DNA of 64,000 nucleotides from the NCBI RefSeq assembly GCF_009914755.1, contig NC_060931.1, one strand, 5' to 3'. A program made the translations under genes and the position numbers. The notes under the pieces were generated by a model, which saw only the letters and a list, made by a program, of their open reading frames with translations, did not search any database and was not told the origin of the DNA. The stretch is from the human T2T-CHM13v2.0 reference genome, Homo sapiens. Each line of letters begins with the position of its first letter. Position 1 is the stretch's first letter. Positions 41,316 to 64,000 of this stretch are shown here, one piece after another.

Positions 41316-44300
41316 CAGGCATGCCTCATTTTACTGCACTTCTTTTTAGTGTGCTCCACAGATAGTGCTGTTTTCACATCGAAGGTTTGTGGCAAGTCTG
41401 CATCAGGCAACTCTGTTGGCGCCGTTTTCCAATAGCGTGTTCTCACTTTGTGTCTCCGTGTCACATTTTGTCAATTCTCACACTATTTCAAACGTTTATG
41501 TTATTATTATGTATGTTATGGTGATCTGTGATCAGTGATCTTTGACATCATTATTATAATTGTTTTGGAATGCCATGAACTGCGCCCATATAAGATGATG
41601 AACTTAATTGATAAATGTGTGTGTTCTGACTGCTCCACCAGCTGGCTGTTCCTCCATCTCTCTCCTTCTTCTTGGGCTTTCCTATTCCCTGAGACATAAA
41701 CATTTTGAAATTAGGCCAATTAATAACCCAACCATAAAATAACCCTACAATGGCCTCTTAGTGTTCAAGTAAAAGGAAGAGTCATGCATATGTCACTTTA
41801 AATCAAAAGCTAGAAATGATTAAGCTTAGTGAGGAAGGCATGTTAAAAGTTGAGACAGGCAGAAAGCTAGGCCTCTTGTGCCAAACACTTAGCCAAAATG
41901 TGAATATGAAGGAAAAGTTCTTGAAAGAAATTAAAAATGCTACTGCAGTGAACACACGAATGATTAGAAAGCAAAACAGCCTTATTGCTGACAGAGAGAA
42001 AGATTTAGTGGTCTAGATAGAAGATCAAATCAGGTACAACATTCTCTTAAGCCAAAGCCTAATCCGGGGCAAGGCCCTAACTCCCTTTAGTTCTATGAAG
42101 GCTGAGAGAGGTGTGAATGCTGAAGAAGAAAAGTTGCAGGCTGGCAGAGGTTCATTATGTGTCTGGAATTGGTGGGTTCTTGGTCTCACTGACTTCAAGA
42201 ATGAAGCCGCGGACCCTCGCGGTGAGTGTTACAGTTCTTAAAGGCGGCGTGTCCGGAGTTTGTTCCTTCTGATGTTCAGATGTGTTTGGAGTTTCTTCCT
42301 TCTGGTGGGTTCGTGGTCTCGCTGGCTCAGGAGTGAAGCTGCAGACCTTCGCGGTGAGTGTTACAGCTCTTAAGGCGGGGCGTCTGGGGTTGTTTGTTCC
42401 TCCCGGTGGGCTCGTGGTCTCGCTGGCTTCAGGAGTGAAGCTGCAGACCTTCGCAGTGAGTGTTACAGCTCATAAAGGCAGTGTGGACCCAAAGAGTGAG
42501 CAGTAGCAAGATTTATTGCAAAGAGCAAAAGAACAAAGCTTCCACAGCGTGGAAGGGGACCCGAGCAGGTTGCCACTGCTGGCTAGGGCAGCCTGCTTTT
42601 ATTCTCTTATCTGGCCCCACCCACATCCTGCTGATTGCTAGAGCCGAGTGGTCTGTTTTGACGGGGCGCTGATTGGTGCGTTTACAATCCCTGAGCTAGA
42701 CACAAAGGTTCTCCAAGTCCCCGTCAGATTAGCTAGATACAGAGTGTCCACACAAAGGTTCTCCAAGGCGCCACCAGAGTAGCTAGATACAGAGTGTTGA
42801 TTGGTGCATTCACAAACCCTGAGCTAGACACAGGGTGCTGATTGGTGTGTTTACAAACCTTGAGCTAGATACAGAGTGCCGATTGGTGTATTTACAATCC
42901 CTGAGCTAGACAGAAAGGTTCTCCAAGGCCCCACCCGAGTAGCTAGATACAGAGTGTGGATTGGTGCATTCACAAACCCTGAGCTAGATGCAGAGTGCTG
43001 ATTGGTGTATTTACAATCCCTGAGCTAGACATAAAGGTTCTCCACGTCCCCACCAGACTCAGGAGCCCAGCTGGCTTTACCTAGTGGATCCTGCACTGGG
43101 GCTGCAGGTGGAGCTGCCTGCCAGTCCTGTGCAGTGCGCCCGCACTCCTCAGCCCTTGGGTGATTGATGGGACTGGGCGCCGTGGAGCAGGGGGCGGCGC
43201 TCATCGGGGAGGCTCCCGCTGCACAGGAGCCCACAGAGGGGGTGGGAGGCTCAGGCATGGCGGGCTGCAGATCCCGAGCCCTGCCCCGCCGGAAGGCAGC
43301 TAAGGCTCGGCGAGAAATCAAGCACAATGCGGGTGGGCTGGCACTGCTGCGGGACCCAGTACACCCTCCGCAGCTGCTGGCCTGGGTGCTAAGCCCCTCA
43401 TTGCCAGGGCCGGCGAGTTGCTCCGAGTGAGGGCCCGCCAAGCCCACACCCACCCGGAACTCCAGCTGGCCTGCAAGCTCGGCGTGCAGCCCTGGTTCCT
43501 GCTCGCGCCTCTCCCTCCACACCTCCCTGCAAGCTGAGGGAGCCGGCTCGGGCCTTGGCCAGCCCAGAAAGGGGCTCCCACAGCGCAGCGGTGGACTGAA
43601 GGGCTCCTCAAGTGCCGCCGAATGGGAGCCCAAGGCAGAGGAGGCGCTGAGAGCGAGCGAGGGCTGTGAGGACTGACAGCACACTGTTACCTCTCAATAA
43701 GATTTAAGGGAAAAAGCCATGTCCATAACATAGAAGTTCAAGATGAAGCAGCAAGTGCTGAGGGAGAAGCTGCAGCAGGTAATCCAGAAGATCTGGTTAA
43801 GATCATTGATGAAGGTGGCTACAGTCAACAGATTTTCAATGTAGATTTTAAAAGCCTTCCATTGGAAGAAGATGCCATGCAGGACTTTCATAGCTAGAGA
43901 GGAGAAGGCAATGCCTGGCTTCAAAGCTTCAAAGGACAGGCTCACTCTTTTGATAGAAGCCAATGCAGCTGGTGACTTTAAATGGAAGCCAATGATCATT
44001 TATCATTCCGGAAATCCTAGGGCCCTTAAGAATGACCCAAAATCTACTCTACTCTGACTACTCTAACAAAGCCTGGATGACAGCACATCCTTTTACAGCA
44101 TAGTTGGCTAAATATTTTAAGCCCACTGTTGAGACCTACTGCTCAAAAACAGATTTCTTTCAAAATATTACTGCTCCTGGTCACACAAGAGCTCTGATGG
44201 AGATTTACAAGGAGATGAATGTTGTTTTTATGCCTGCTAATGCAATATCCATTCTGAAGCTCACAGATCAAGGAGTGATTTAACTTCCAAGTCTTATTAT

Positions 44301-44450
44301 TTAAGAAATACATTTTGTAAGGCTATTGCTGCCATAGATAATGATTACTCTGATGGATCTGGGCAAAGTAAATTGAAAACATTTTGTGAAGGATTCACCA
44401 TTCTAGATACCATTAAGAACATTCAAGATTCATGGGAGGAGGTCAGAATA
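41316..44450 (+). mobile_element. Tigger1 DNA transposon (pogo/Tc1-mariner), 3'-truncated, split by LTR12C
   Basis: 5' TIR CAGGCAT..; transposase remnants [11 protein letters not shown]..(HTH) and [34 protein letters not shown] (DDE region) with stops. Confidence 0.93.
42158..43696 (-). mobile_element. LTR12C-type (ERV9) solo LTR
   Basis: Minus strand TGAGAGGTAACAG...AATTCCAGACACA; GC-rich U3, tandem CCAAT repeats, U5 repeats; 4-bp TSD ATTA/ATAA. Confidence 0.95.
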
Positions 44451-47450
<3,000 letters not shown>

Positions 47451-47475
47451 TAGAATCTTTCCTGTCTCTTACCAC

Positions 47476-47622
47476 TTTTCCCTTCCTTCCTTCCTTCCTT
47501 CCTTCCTTCCTTCCTTCCTTCCTTCCTTCCCTCCTTCCCTCCTTTCTCTTTCTCTCTCTCTCTCTCCCTCCCTCCCTCCCTCCCTCTCTCTCTCTCTCTC
47601 TCTTTATTTCTTTCTTTCTTTC
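47476..47622. repeat. Polypyrimidine compound microsatellite (CCTT)n(CT)n(CCCT)n, tail of Alu 47620-47888(-)
   Basis: ~145 nt almost pure C/T on the + strand. Confidence 0.95.
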
Positions 47623-48141
47623 GAAGGAGTCTTGCTCTGTCGCCCAGGCTAGAGTACAGTGGCGCTCACTGCAACCTCCACCTCCCGGGTTCAAGTAGTT
47701 CTCCTGCCTCAGCCTCCCGAGTAGCTGGATTACAGGTGCCCACCACAGCACCTAGCTAATTTTTGTATTTTTAGTAGAGACGGGGTTTCACCATCTTAGC
47801 CAGGCTGGTCTCGAACTCCTGACCCCGTGATCCACCTGCCTTGGCCTCCCAAAGTGCTGGGATTACGGGCGACAGCCACCACACCCGGTTTTCCCTTCCT
47901 TTCTTTTACCCTAAATTTGGAGGGGGCAGAAACCATGTCTAGTTGATTAGGGAGCAAAAAGAATGAGAAAGTGGAGAAACAGAAGTCAACCAGGGTTATC
48001 TTTTCCCACTACCAACTATCACCTGAGGGAGAGAAAAAAGTTTATCTTAAATAAAGTTCACTTATTGCATTTATTTGTTCTATTACTACATATACATTGT
48101 TAAATATTATGATATTTTATGGTACTTAAAATTTTAGACTC

Positions 48142-51333
<3,192 letters not shown>

Positions 51334-51629
51334 TCACATTTATTGATCTTTTCAAATCTTACTAATGCTGTTTATATTACAGCCTAGGCTGTTGATTCTG
51401 TTCCATTGTTCTGTTCCAATTTCACACTGTCTTCAAACATCATGTTTTTAAAAGGTATCTTAGATCCCTGAGTCTGTAATAAGACTGAAAAAGGGGAAGG
51501 GGGGACATAAAAAATCTTTGTGTAATTATTCCATTGAACAAGCAGGACTCTCTGACATAGAATTGAACAAATTAATAAAATTGTTTTGTGCATGCAACTC
51601 TATGAAGTCCTGGCCCCTCGGCACCTGAC

Positions 51630-51870
51630 TGCATGGCACATTTTAAGGTGGTTAAGAGTGAAGCCCCCTGGAGGGAAACTGCTCAGTTTGTATCAGAGCT
51701 TCACCACCTACTAGCCAGTGACTAGCCTTGATTTCCTTATTTGTCAAATAAGGATAATAATCATACCTACCACATGGGGTTGTTGTGAAGATGGAATGAG
51801 ATAATACATACAAAGTTCTTAGCACAGTTTCTGGAAAATAGTAAGTACAAAATAAATGTTAGTAATTACC
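51630..51870 (+). mobile_element. MIR
   Basis: Core TTTCCTTATTTGTCAAATAAGGATAATAATCATACCTACCACATGGGGTTGTTGTGAAGAT. Confidence 0.75.
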
Positions 51871-52899
51871 AAGTTTGTTGAACAAAGAAGTCCATCTGAA
51901 AACTTGCCCTGGTGTGTTCATGCCTCAAGTATTCTGGGGCTCAAATCAATTTAGCATCAAAAGACTTTTATTCTTCCTTCTGATCTAGCAAATCACAGAG
52001 ACTTGGTGAATTAATTGGAAGGCAGACAGTGGCTTGCAGCACTTACACATTTGAAGCAGGAGCATCTGAAACCTATGACTGTCATTTTTCTAATCAGTAT
52101 GTTTTTCTCTGTCCGATAATATTTCTGTGTTTATTTTTCTTTTTGAGGTTACCTTGCTTCTGCTCTAGTATTTGCCTTGAATCCTTTTTCTTTTCTTTTC
52201 CTTTTTAAATTATGAAATATTAACATCACAGAGAAAAATAGAGAAAATAATAAATCACCAGGTCACCCGTAACCAACCTATATCAGTGATTACTATTTTA
52301 CCTATTTGCTTCAAATTTATGCTAAAAAAAAATAAGAGACATAGTTGAAACCCTTATGACATTACCCCCTTCCTTCTCCAGAGGCAAGCACTGTACTAAA
52401 TTTCATGTTTATTCTTCGCAGGCATTTTTTATACTTGCACTTCATGTATACAAATATCCATAAACAGGATATAGAATGACTATGCAAGTTTTAAAAATTT
52501 ATATAAATGATATAATAATATACTTACTACTTTAATTGAATATAATAACATTTACTATTTAATGAGTAATAGCAACATTTATCTATTAATCTTTTTCTTG
52601 ATAGGTATTTAAGTCTTCCATTTCCCTTTTTTCTTGTATTACAAACAATCCTGCAATAAACATGCTTGTCTCTATTTTCCAGTTTTGAGTGCTACCTGAT
52701 TCATGAGTTTTTCTTTGTTCAAACTGTTAAATTTGTCTAAAGTTTAATTTTTAACACTAGAAATAGCTTTACGGCCTGTATGGTTCAGCAGTCAAGAGAT
52801 AAAGAGGCTAGAGCTTGGGTGCTTGGGTCAGACCACCTCCAATTGCTACCTCATATTTTCCTGTACAGATTCTTCTCTTATGGAGCAAAAAAATATTAT

Positions 52900-54250
52900 C
52901 CATGGACCATGTCCAGCTCGACATTTGGGATCTCTGGATGGAGGGCCATCCTTTCCATCAGGTGTGAACTTGGCTTCCCACAGTCCTGCAACCCATAGGC
53001 TTAAAGACAAATTGCCAATGTCCAGGACACCTAATATACAATGGTGAAGAAAACGAAGACAACTGCAACAAAAACTCCTGCTCAGAGAAAAGGGGAGAAC
53101 GGGAAACTACAGCAATTACCAATCTTGACAAATTATCAAATCCTGCTGGGCAATTACTAAGTCCTGCTGGACAAGATCTGTGAGGACTCTCTGCCCTGGT
53201 TGTGAAATAAGTTCCTTGCTTAGCCAATCTGGCAGCCCCAGTCTTCTTCCTGTCCCCATTATCCCCTCATTGCATTGTAGATAATGCCCTTCTCCACCTG
53301 CTGGTACTATTGAGGGCCCATAGATTTCCTTAGGGTTCAATAGCCATGGGCTATTATCAGATTTGGATTTTTTTTTTTCTTTTAAGACCAGATTACAAGC
53401 TTCAGTGTTTTTTGTTTTTTAATCAATACAGTTCTCTCTCAAACTCAGTAGACTTTTGGATAATCTATTTTCAATTAATTTTACATGCAAGTAACCAGAG
53501 CCCAGATATTTTCTAGACAGACTTCAGTCCTGAGAATGTTTGGCTGTTAGGCTGGCCTTAATGCTCTGCCAATCCCCTACCCTCAGAATTTAATGGCCAC
53601 TGCCTTGAGGCATTCTTACGAACGTCAAGAGGACAACATCCTTAATCTCATCTTCTTCAGCTGGTGTTGCCTCTTTGCCTGGCAAAGCCATTCTTAAAAT
53701 GAAGGCATTGGATAAAGTTCTGGGCTCCTGGGCATCCATCCTGCCAGGTCTGCTGCTGCAAAGCTCCACTGGTGGGACCTCAGGGTGAGGTGCTTAAGCA
53801 TTAGGCCTTTTCAGTTTCACAAGTCTCTCTACCTCAGAACTGGAGGCTCTCTGCAGAGTGAGCCCCTGTTGACCATGCAGTTCTCCATCTTCTCTTTCCT
53901 CTCTGCTCAAATTCTGGCTGGCTTGAGTCTCAGTTTGCTCCTCTTTTGGAGGTCTTCGTTGAAGGTGGCAAGAAATACAGCTTCCCAGCACACTTGGAGG
54001 AAAAGCCAAAGTCTTTTCAGTCCAAAAGGCCTTTCCAGATCTCATTCCCCTCCCCCAGGACACACGCCTCTGCATCAGTTTTTGCTATCCTTCTGTTTGT
54101 CTCCATGTTCTTTCATGAACACTACAAGGACACTCCTGCTATTTTCCCTGCTTAGCCAGGGCACCCAGGTCTCCTCCTGGCTCCCTCTCTCACATACTTC
54201 AAGCATCTGTTTACCTGGCAAATTATCGGAGTTCTGACTCCTCATATAAA
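52900..54250 (-). mobile_element. Probable MaLR (MLT1)-internal remnant
   Basis: Weak resemblance to MLT1-int (AAATCCTGCTGGGCA); highly diverged. Confidence 0.35.
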
Positions 54251-54384
54251 ATAGCAATCCTATCTTGGGAACTACCTATCTCTTTTAATCTGTGAATTTG
54301 TTTTCCCATAGCACTTCTTAGATTATACATTATATATGTATTTGTTTATTACCTGTTTCCCCCACTAGAATAGAAACCTCATGA

Positions 54385-54672
<288 letters not shown>

Positions 54673-56014
54673 TCACCACTGTATCTGGAGTTTCTAGAAC
54701 AATGCCTGGTATGTGGTAGTAGCAGCACATAGTAGAAACTCAAATATTAACTTAAAAAGAAAAAATACTGCATTGTGTCAACATTCTGAAATTTTCTTAC
54801 TATTCACTAACAGTCAGAAGCCCTAGTAAGCATATGGTATATATTCCAAGCTATGGCTGGTGACAATCTGCTCAAATGTTTAATCACCATACACCAAATG
54901 TCGCCAGCTCTTCAGCCTTAAATGATTGGCTTCTTGGTAGCCTCTGGCCTACTTTTTCTTAGCTAATCCCCCAATTTAGTTTATTTTTTCTTGCAGCTTG
55001 TCATTTCTGAAAAAATTCATAATCAGAAATATTTTGAGCCACAAGTAATAAAAAACTTCAGTGTGACTATTAAACAGAGCATTATTTGTCTCAAGCCACA
55101 AGATGTTTGAGGATAGATAGGCAGTCCAGATCTGATACAATGCATTCTCCAGGTCCAGGCTTTTTTAATTCTCTGAAACAGTTTGTATAAGATAGAGATT
55201 CCCTGGCAATTAGGTAACATTCTCTTGTAAAACTTCTGTGCATGGTGTCTGTTGATGGAGAATAATTTCCTATATCTTCTTGAGTCAATTTTTGTAATAT
55301 ACATATTTTTTTCAGAAATATATTTTTAAATATAAATTTTCATGTTAGCTTTTAAGAAAAAGATGGAAATTTAGAGTTCGTTGTTGTTTTGTTTTTGTTT
55401 TTTTGCATCTCCCATTTTTCAAGTGCTTTTAACTCAAAATAGTCAACATGAGAGAGTGGAATATTTAGGGTGGTGTGTTCCAAATTCTTTCAATGCTAAC
55501 AGTAAATAAACATGCTCAGCAATTAATATTTCAGGATTTTATTTTATTTGGAAATGATCTAAATATTCAATGACTATCCATCATTTAATTTAACTTAGTA
55601 TAACTGCAGGGTATAAGTTACCAAAGAGATTTCTGAAACTATTTTTTAAAGTTTATTTATAAGCTTTAATTTTATATATGACTATTTAATTCACTTATTT
55701 TTAACAATTATGTTTGGATTGCTTATGAAAATTTTATGCGATACTAAATAACTAGCATCATTTTAAGTTATTTTTCTTGCTGATAAGTTTTGTAGCATAA
55801 AGATAACCTTTTTTAAATTTTATTTTTAACTAGTAAAACTGGGTAGAAGAAGTTGTGTGCCTGTATTACACTTAATGCTGATTACTCTGAAAACATGTCT
55901 GGTGTTTTTTAAGTTTTTTTCTAAACCAACAATATTTTTGTTTACCAAAGTTTTCCCAAGTCACATGAACTTAAAAAGTATATGGGTCATTTTCTATTTT
56001 CCTGGGAGTTTTAG

Positions 56015-59242
<3,228 letters not shown>

Positions 59243-60492
59243 CTGCAATATTTTTCTTTAAGTCTAAATGCAAAACATCCAGGATGAACTGAATACCAAA
59301 AATGTAAACAAAGAAAGGCTGTCTGTTTTTGTTTGTTCTATGACCTTGAGTTATTGCTCAATGGGATCAGTGTTTCTGATCAGCCTGAGGTTCACGGGCT
59401 ATAGGGCCATGGTGTCCCTTGATGGGTGGGTTTATGAAGATTTACGACGGCATGTGAACAGATTGGGCAAGCTGGGACATTATGTGTAATCACGGTTTTT
59501 TATTGGAGAGCCTTTATTAACTTTTCCACTTGGTTCACAATATGGGAGGGTATTTTGGTAAGTGTGTATATAGGGGCATAGATTTCCCTGTTGCCTCGGG
59601 CTCCAATAGGGCTTGGCATGGTACTGCAGGAAAGTTCTTATTTTACTGGTATGCTTGGAAAATGGCTTCACAACTCAGGGTCTGGCAGGGGTTTAAAGCT
59701 GACTTTTTCTCTCCTGGGACTCTTCTTGGGTGGTTCTCTAGAGGCTGTCCCTGGAACATTTGGCTGCATTTCCAGTGATGTGGGTGAAAGTAGTGATTCG
59801 ACAGGTTGCTCAATTCTCTCTCTGGTTTTTCAGAAGTTTGCGCCATAGACTCTTGTCTTCTGATGTCCCCTCATTCTTTCTTGTGGTTCCCTGGGGCAGG
59901 ATTTAAAATGGCAATCTGGCTCTCCACTGAGAGGGCTCAGTGAGCCTTAAAAACACTTACACATCCTTTGCTCTGACGCTGTAGGAGCACAGGCCACCTG
60001 CCCTTCACTCCCTTGTCTTTATCCTGCTTCTGCATGTAATGCCAGCCTGAAGTCTCTGGCTTCAGGACTTTCCAAATGGGAGTCAGGCACCAATCCACTC
60101 ACTTGATGTAAAGGGAGAAGGGCCCTCCACTACTCCCCTGAGGTGGGCAGAGAAACAATCACAGAATCATATTCTGCAGGTACATGTACCACAAATTCTT
60201 CTCCTTTTAAAAACAATTTGCTTCCTTTATGCTCTCAATATAGGTCAAGGGTTGTTATGAGCCATGTTACCAGTTTTCAGGTATCTACTTTAAGACTCCT
60301 TTAGGATGGTTTGTCTCAAAACTCATTTTGGTATCTAATATCTAGAGCCTTGGGGTCTCAGCTGAAAATTCCATTTAAATATTTTGCTAAGTTTCACTTT
60401 TCTCTAAAGATTTGAACATGGTGAAATAAAAGAAGTAGTCAATTAAGATTCTTTAGCTCTATTCTTAGAGGCATAAGCCTACATTTTTTTTA

Positions 60493-60858
<366 letters not shown>

Positions 60859-61393
60859 TCAAACTGAAACCCCTGGGATCCTTGGGAATGGTGTGAGGAT
60901 GAAGTCAATAGTGGGATCATCACCTGAACTGAGTGCCCTTCCCAAGTGATGGCCAACTCAGTTCAGAGAGGACAATGGTTCATCAAACTTCATTTTCTTC
61001 AGTATCTCCTATTGAGAAGAGCTAAAACTCACAGGTAAAGATTCCCAAGGTGGCAGTAGTTACAGTCTCATTATCAAATAAAATAAAATATATGAAAGAC
61101 AAACTTGCAAGAGCTATTTAAGGATTCATTTTTATTATTAATTTTCGCTGAAAACCAAATTCTCTATATGCAATGTCAAAGTACAGGTCAGCCAAGTTTC
61201 TAAGTGAGTAATTTAAAAATCCAAAATTAGCAGAGTTCAATAAAGTAAGGTTTGGCAGTGAGTGTCTTTATTCTACTATATATATCGAATGCTAATCTTG
61301 TTAGGCGTTGCTGTGAAAGATTAATATTCAGCCTCAGGCCAGTTTATCTGTGCCATCTCTCTGTGAGCACTCCTTTTAAGATTTAGCTTATCA

Positions 61394-61739
<346 letters not shown>

Positions 61740-61869
61740 TCAGGTTTATTTTCACATTTGAAGTAGGACAGTGCTGCAGAATAAACATTTATTTATTTAT
61801 ATGTCAGACTGATCTGACATTCATCCATTAAGCTAAACAATTTCTTCAGAGAAGCTTTTGGAGTAGGCC

Positions 61870-62340
61870 AGTGTCCCTTAACAGAACAGGAGATTCTTGA
61901 GGGCAGGGACCATTTGTATGTCGCCGCTGCTATATCCCCAGGGCCTAGCCGAGTAGATGCTCAGTGGTCACAGGTTGAATGAATGGATTCATTTACTCAA
62001 TAATATGTGACAAGCCCAGTGTTCTGTACTGGGATATAAAGAAGAAAGACAAGGTCCCTGCCTCTCCAACAGCTGCTGGTCCCTTCGTGGCTGACGGACC
62101 AATGAACTGACAACTGCCATGCAGTGTGAAAAGCACTTTAGTAAGGTACGTCTAAGTTGTTTCAGGAACACAGAAGAGAAGTATGTAATCTAGCCTGGGT
62201 GAAAGCAGGGGGAATGAGGGAGCTCAGAGACAGTGTCCAGGAGAAGTGTTGCTTGAATTAAGTGTTTAAGGACAAGTAAAAATTATCCTGGTCAGAGGAG
62301 TAAAGTAGAAGCAATTGCATGGTCAAAAGGAAAGAGGCCA
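61870..62340. mobile_element. L2 3'-end fragments in opposite orientations
   Basis: CTTGAGGGCAGGGACC..GTTGAATGAATG followed by ATTCATTTACTCAATAA.. Confidence 0.65.
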
Positions 62341-62408
62341 AAGGGCATGTTTGTGTATCAGTACTGTTCTAAGGCGGTGAGTCTAAGAGGTGCCCTGGGG
62401 GTGTGTAC

Positions 62409-62410
<2 letters not shown>

Positions 62411-62452
<42 letters not shown>
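62411..62452. repeat. (TG)21 microsatellite
   Basis: Uninterrupted TG repeat; Z-DNA-prone. Confidence 0.97.
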
Positions 62453-62455
<3 letters not shown>

Positions 62456-62902
62456 GGCTGGAAAGGTTAACTGGTGCTTATTCACTTCCCTCCCATGGTT
62501 CTTCCAAAGACCCACCACCCTATTTTCAAATAATGGGCTGAAACAGAATGTTTAACCCCTGTCTCCTCCATTCCCACCCATTCTCCTAAATCATCTGATT
62601 GTCCTTGATGCTGGTATCTACCTGGTCATGACTCCTTTTCTTTCCTCTCCCTATGTGGGTGTGACCTTCTCATTTGCATGGATCACAATCCTTGGTGCAG
62701 GGACCATCTCTGAATCAGCTCCAAGGTCACCCCAGAAGGGCGAGAGTCCTTCACATCACAAATGGCTATTTTTTTCCCCCTACAGAATCATTTAGTTCAT
62801 TAACTTACTTTTCTATTTTTCTTTGCATTCAAAGGCACAATCTAAATATTCATATCTTAGTTTTATCTTTGGGAAAAGCCAGGAAGTGTACCACACAGCT
62901 AA

Positions 62903-63271
<369 letters not shown>

Positions 63272-63310
63272 AAAAGTGGTTTTCTTATATTTAAAGCAAG
63301 AGTTGGACTT

Positions 63311-63492
63311 GTACTAGGTGCTAAGATATTACTCGGTTTGAATTCTTGACAGGCAAAGAGAAAATATTCTGCTTTATAAACAGGATGGGGGGAGGCAAAT
63401 AGTACTAGGTCCTAAGATATTATTCTGTCTGAATTCTTGACAGGCAAAGAGAAAATATTCTGCTTTATAAACAAGATGAGGGGAGGGAAATT
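63311..63492. repeat. 91-bp direct tandem duplication (2 copies)
   Basis: Copies start at 63311 and 63402; 8 mismatches in 91 nt; 44-nt identical core. Confidence 0.93.
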
Positions 63493-64000
63493 GTTGATAC
63501 TGAGCAGAAACAGTAGATATTCCAAGTCACTTTCTCTCTGTCTCTCTCTGTCTGTCTCTCTCACATATACACATGTGCACACTGGATGGAAACAATTCAG
63601 TTCAAAGAAATCAGCTTAATAGAAGCCCAGCAGTGGGTGTAAGGTTAGCATTCTCCATAAATGTTTTCATAGTTGTACAGTTGTAATTAAGTTCTGCTTG
63701 AGAAAATTGGTTCTCACGGTGCAACCTGAGAACTTCCTTCGTGGCTTCTTCAACTCCAAAGCTTGAGTGGGTCTCTGTGTTCTACAAGTGGCCAATTTAA
63801 TTTTTCATTCTAAGGTCCAAAGCACCTATGATACCACTGAGATGTGGTGTCACCTACCTGACCTCTCACTAATATGTGGTAGAAATTGGTGATCTGTATT
63901 TTTCAAAGGAAAAATAAGTACAAAATCTTTTTATATTTAGGTTGTTGAAGAATATCTTTTCATCTAAAGGAGATCTAATTACATTGTTTTTCTTCAAGGG

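Noticed and set aside
42660-43040. Regularly spaced ~40-bp repeats resembling a CRISPR-like array
   Set aside because: These are the known LTR12 U3 enhancer tandem repeats; there are no unique spacers and the DNA is eukaryotic.
43025-43684. 219-aa ORF (longest in the window)
   Set aside because: Lies wholly in the GC-rich U3 of LTR12C; a typical repeat-derived pseudo-ORF.
41816-44057. Domesticated TIGD1-like transposase gene
   Set aside because: Stops, frameshifts, an LTR insertion and 3' truncation.
59260-60480. Short ORF cluster / possible second pseudogene
   Set aside because: I could not match any frame to a known protein; left unassigned.

Overview
Primate (almost certainly human) genomic DNA containing the 5' end of the proto-oncogene BRAF on the minus strand. 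Coding exon 1 is 10768-10905 (46 codons, phase-0 GT donor), inside a CpG-island promoter with G-quadruplex tracts, CRE, RFX X-box and YY1 motifs. Positions 1-10767 are BRAF intron 1 and ~11.5-64 kb is repeat-dense upstream intergenic DNA. No other protein-coding gene is supported; nearly all listed ORFs derive from Alu, L1, LTR or transposase sequence, or are GC artefacts. Items the ORF track misses or does not explain: (1) a decayed intronless MED10 retrocopy at ~20.97-21.25 kb; (2) a nested ERV-L complex at 23.5-28.3 kb (an MLT2-flanked RNaseH-integrase-dUTPase provirus inside the same pol region of an older ERV-L, plus two THE1 LTRs and an Alu); (3) a solo LTR12C inside Tigger1 pointing toward BRAF; (4) a THE1 LTR with an intact DUX4 motif and adjacent splice signals; (5) a 91-bp tandem duplication near the window end. 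I found no convincing wholly new biological system. The best hypotheses are LTR-driven alternative or divergent transcription around BRAF. Repeat subfamily names come from recalled consensus sequences, and repeat boundaries are approximate.
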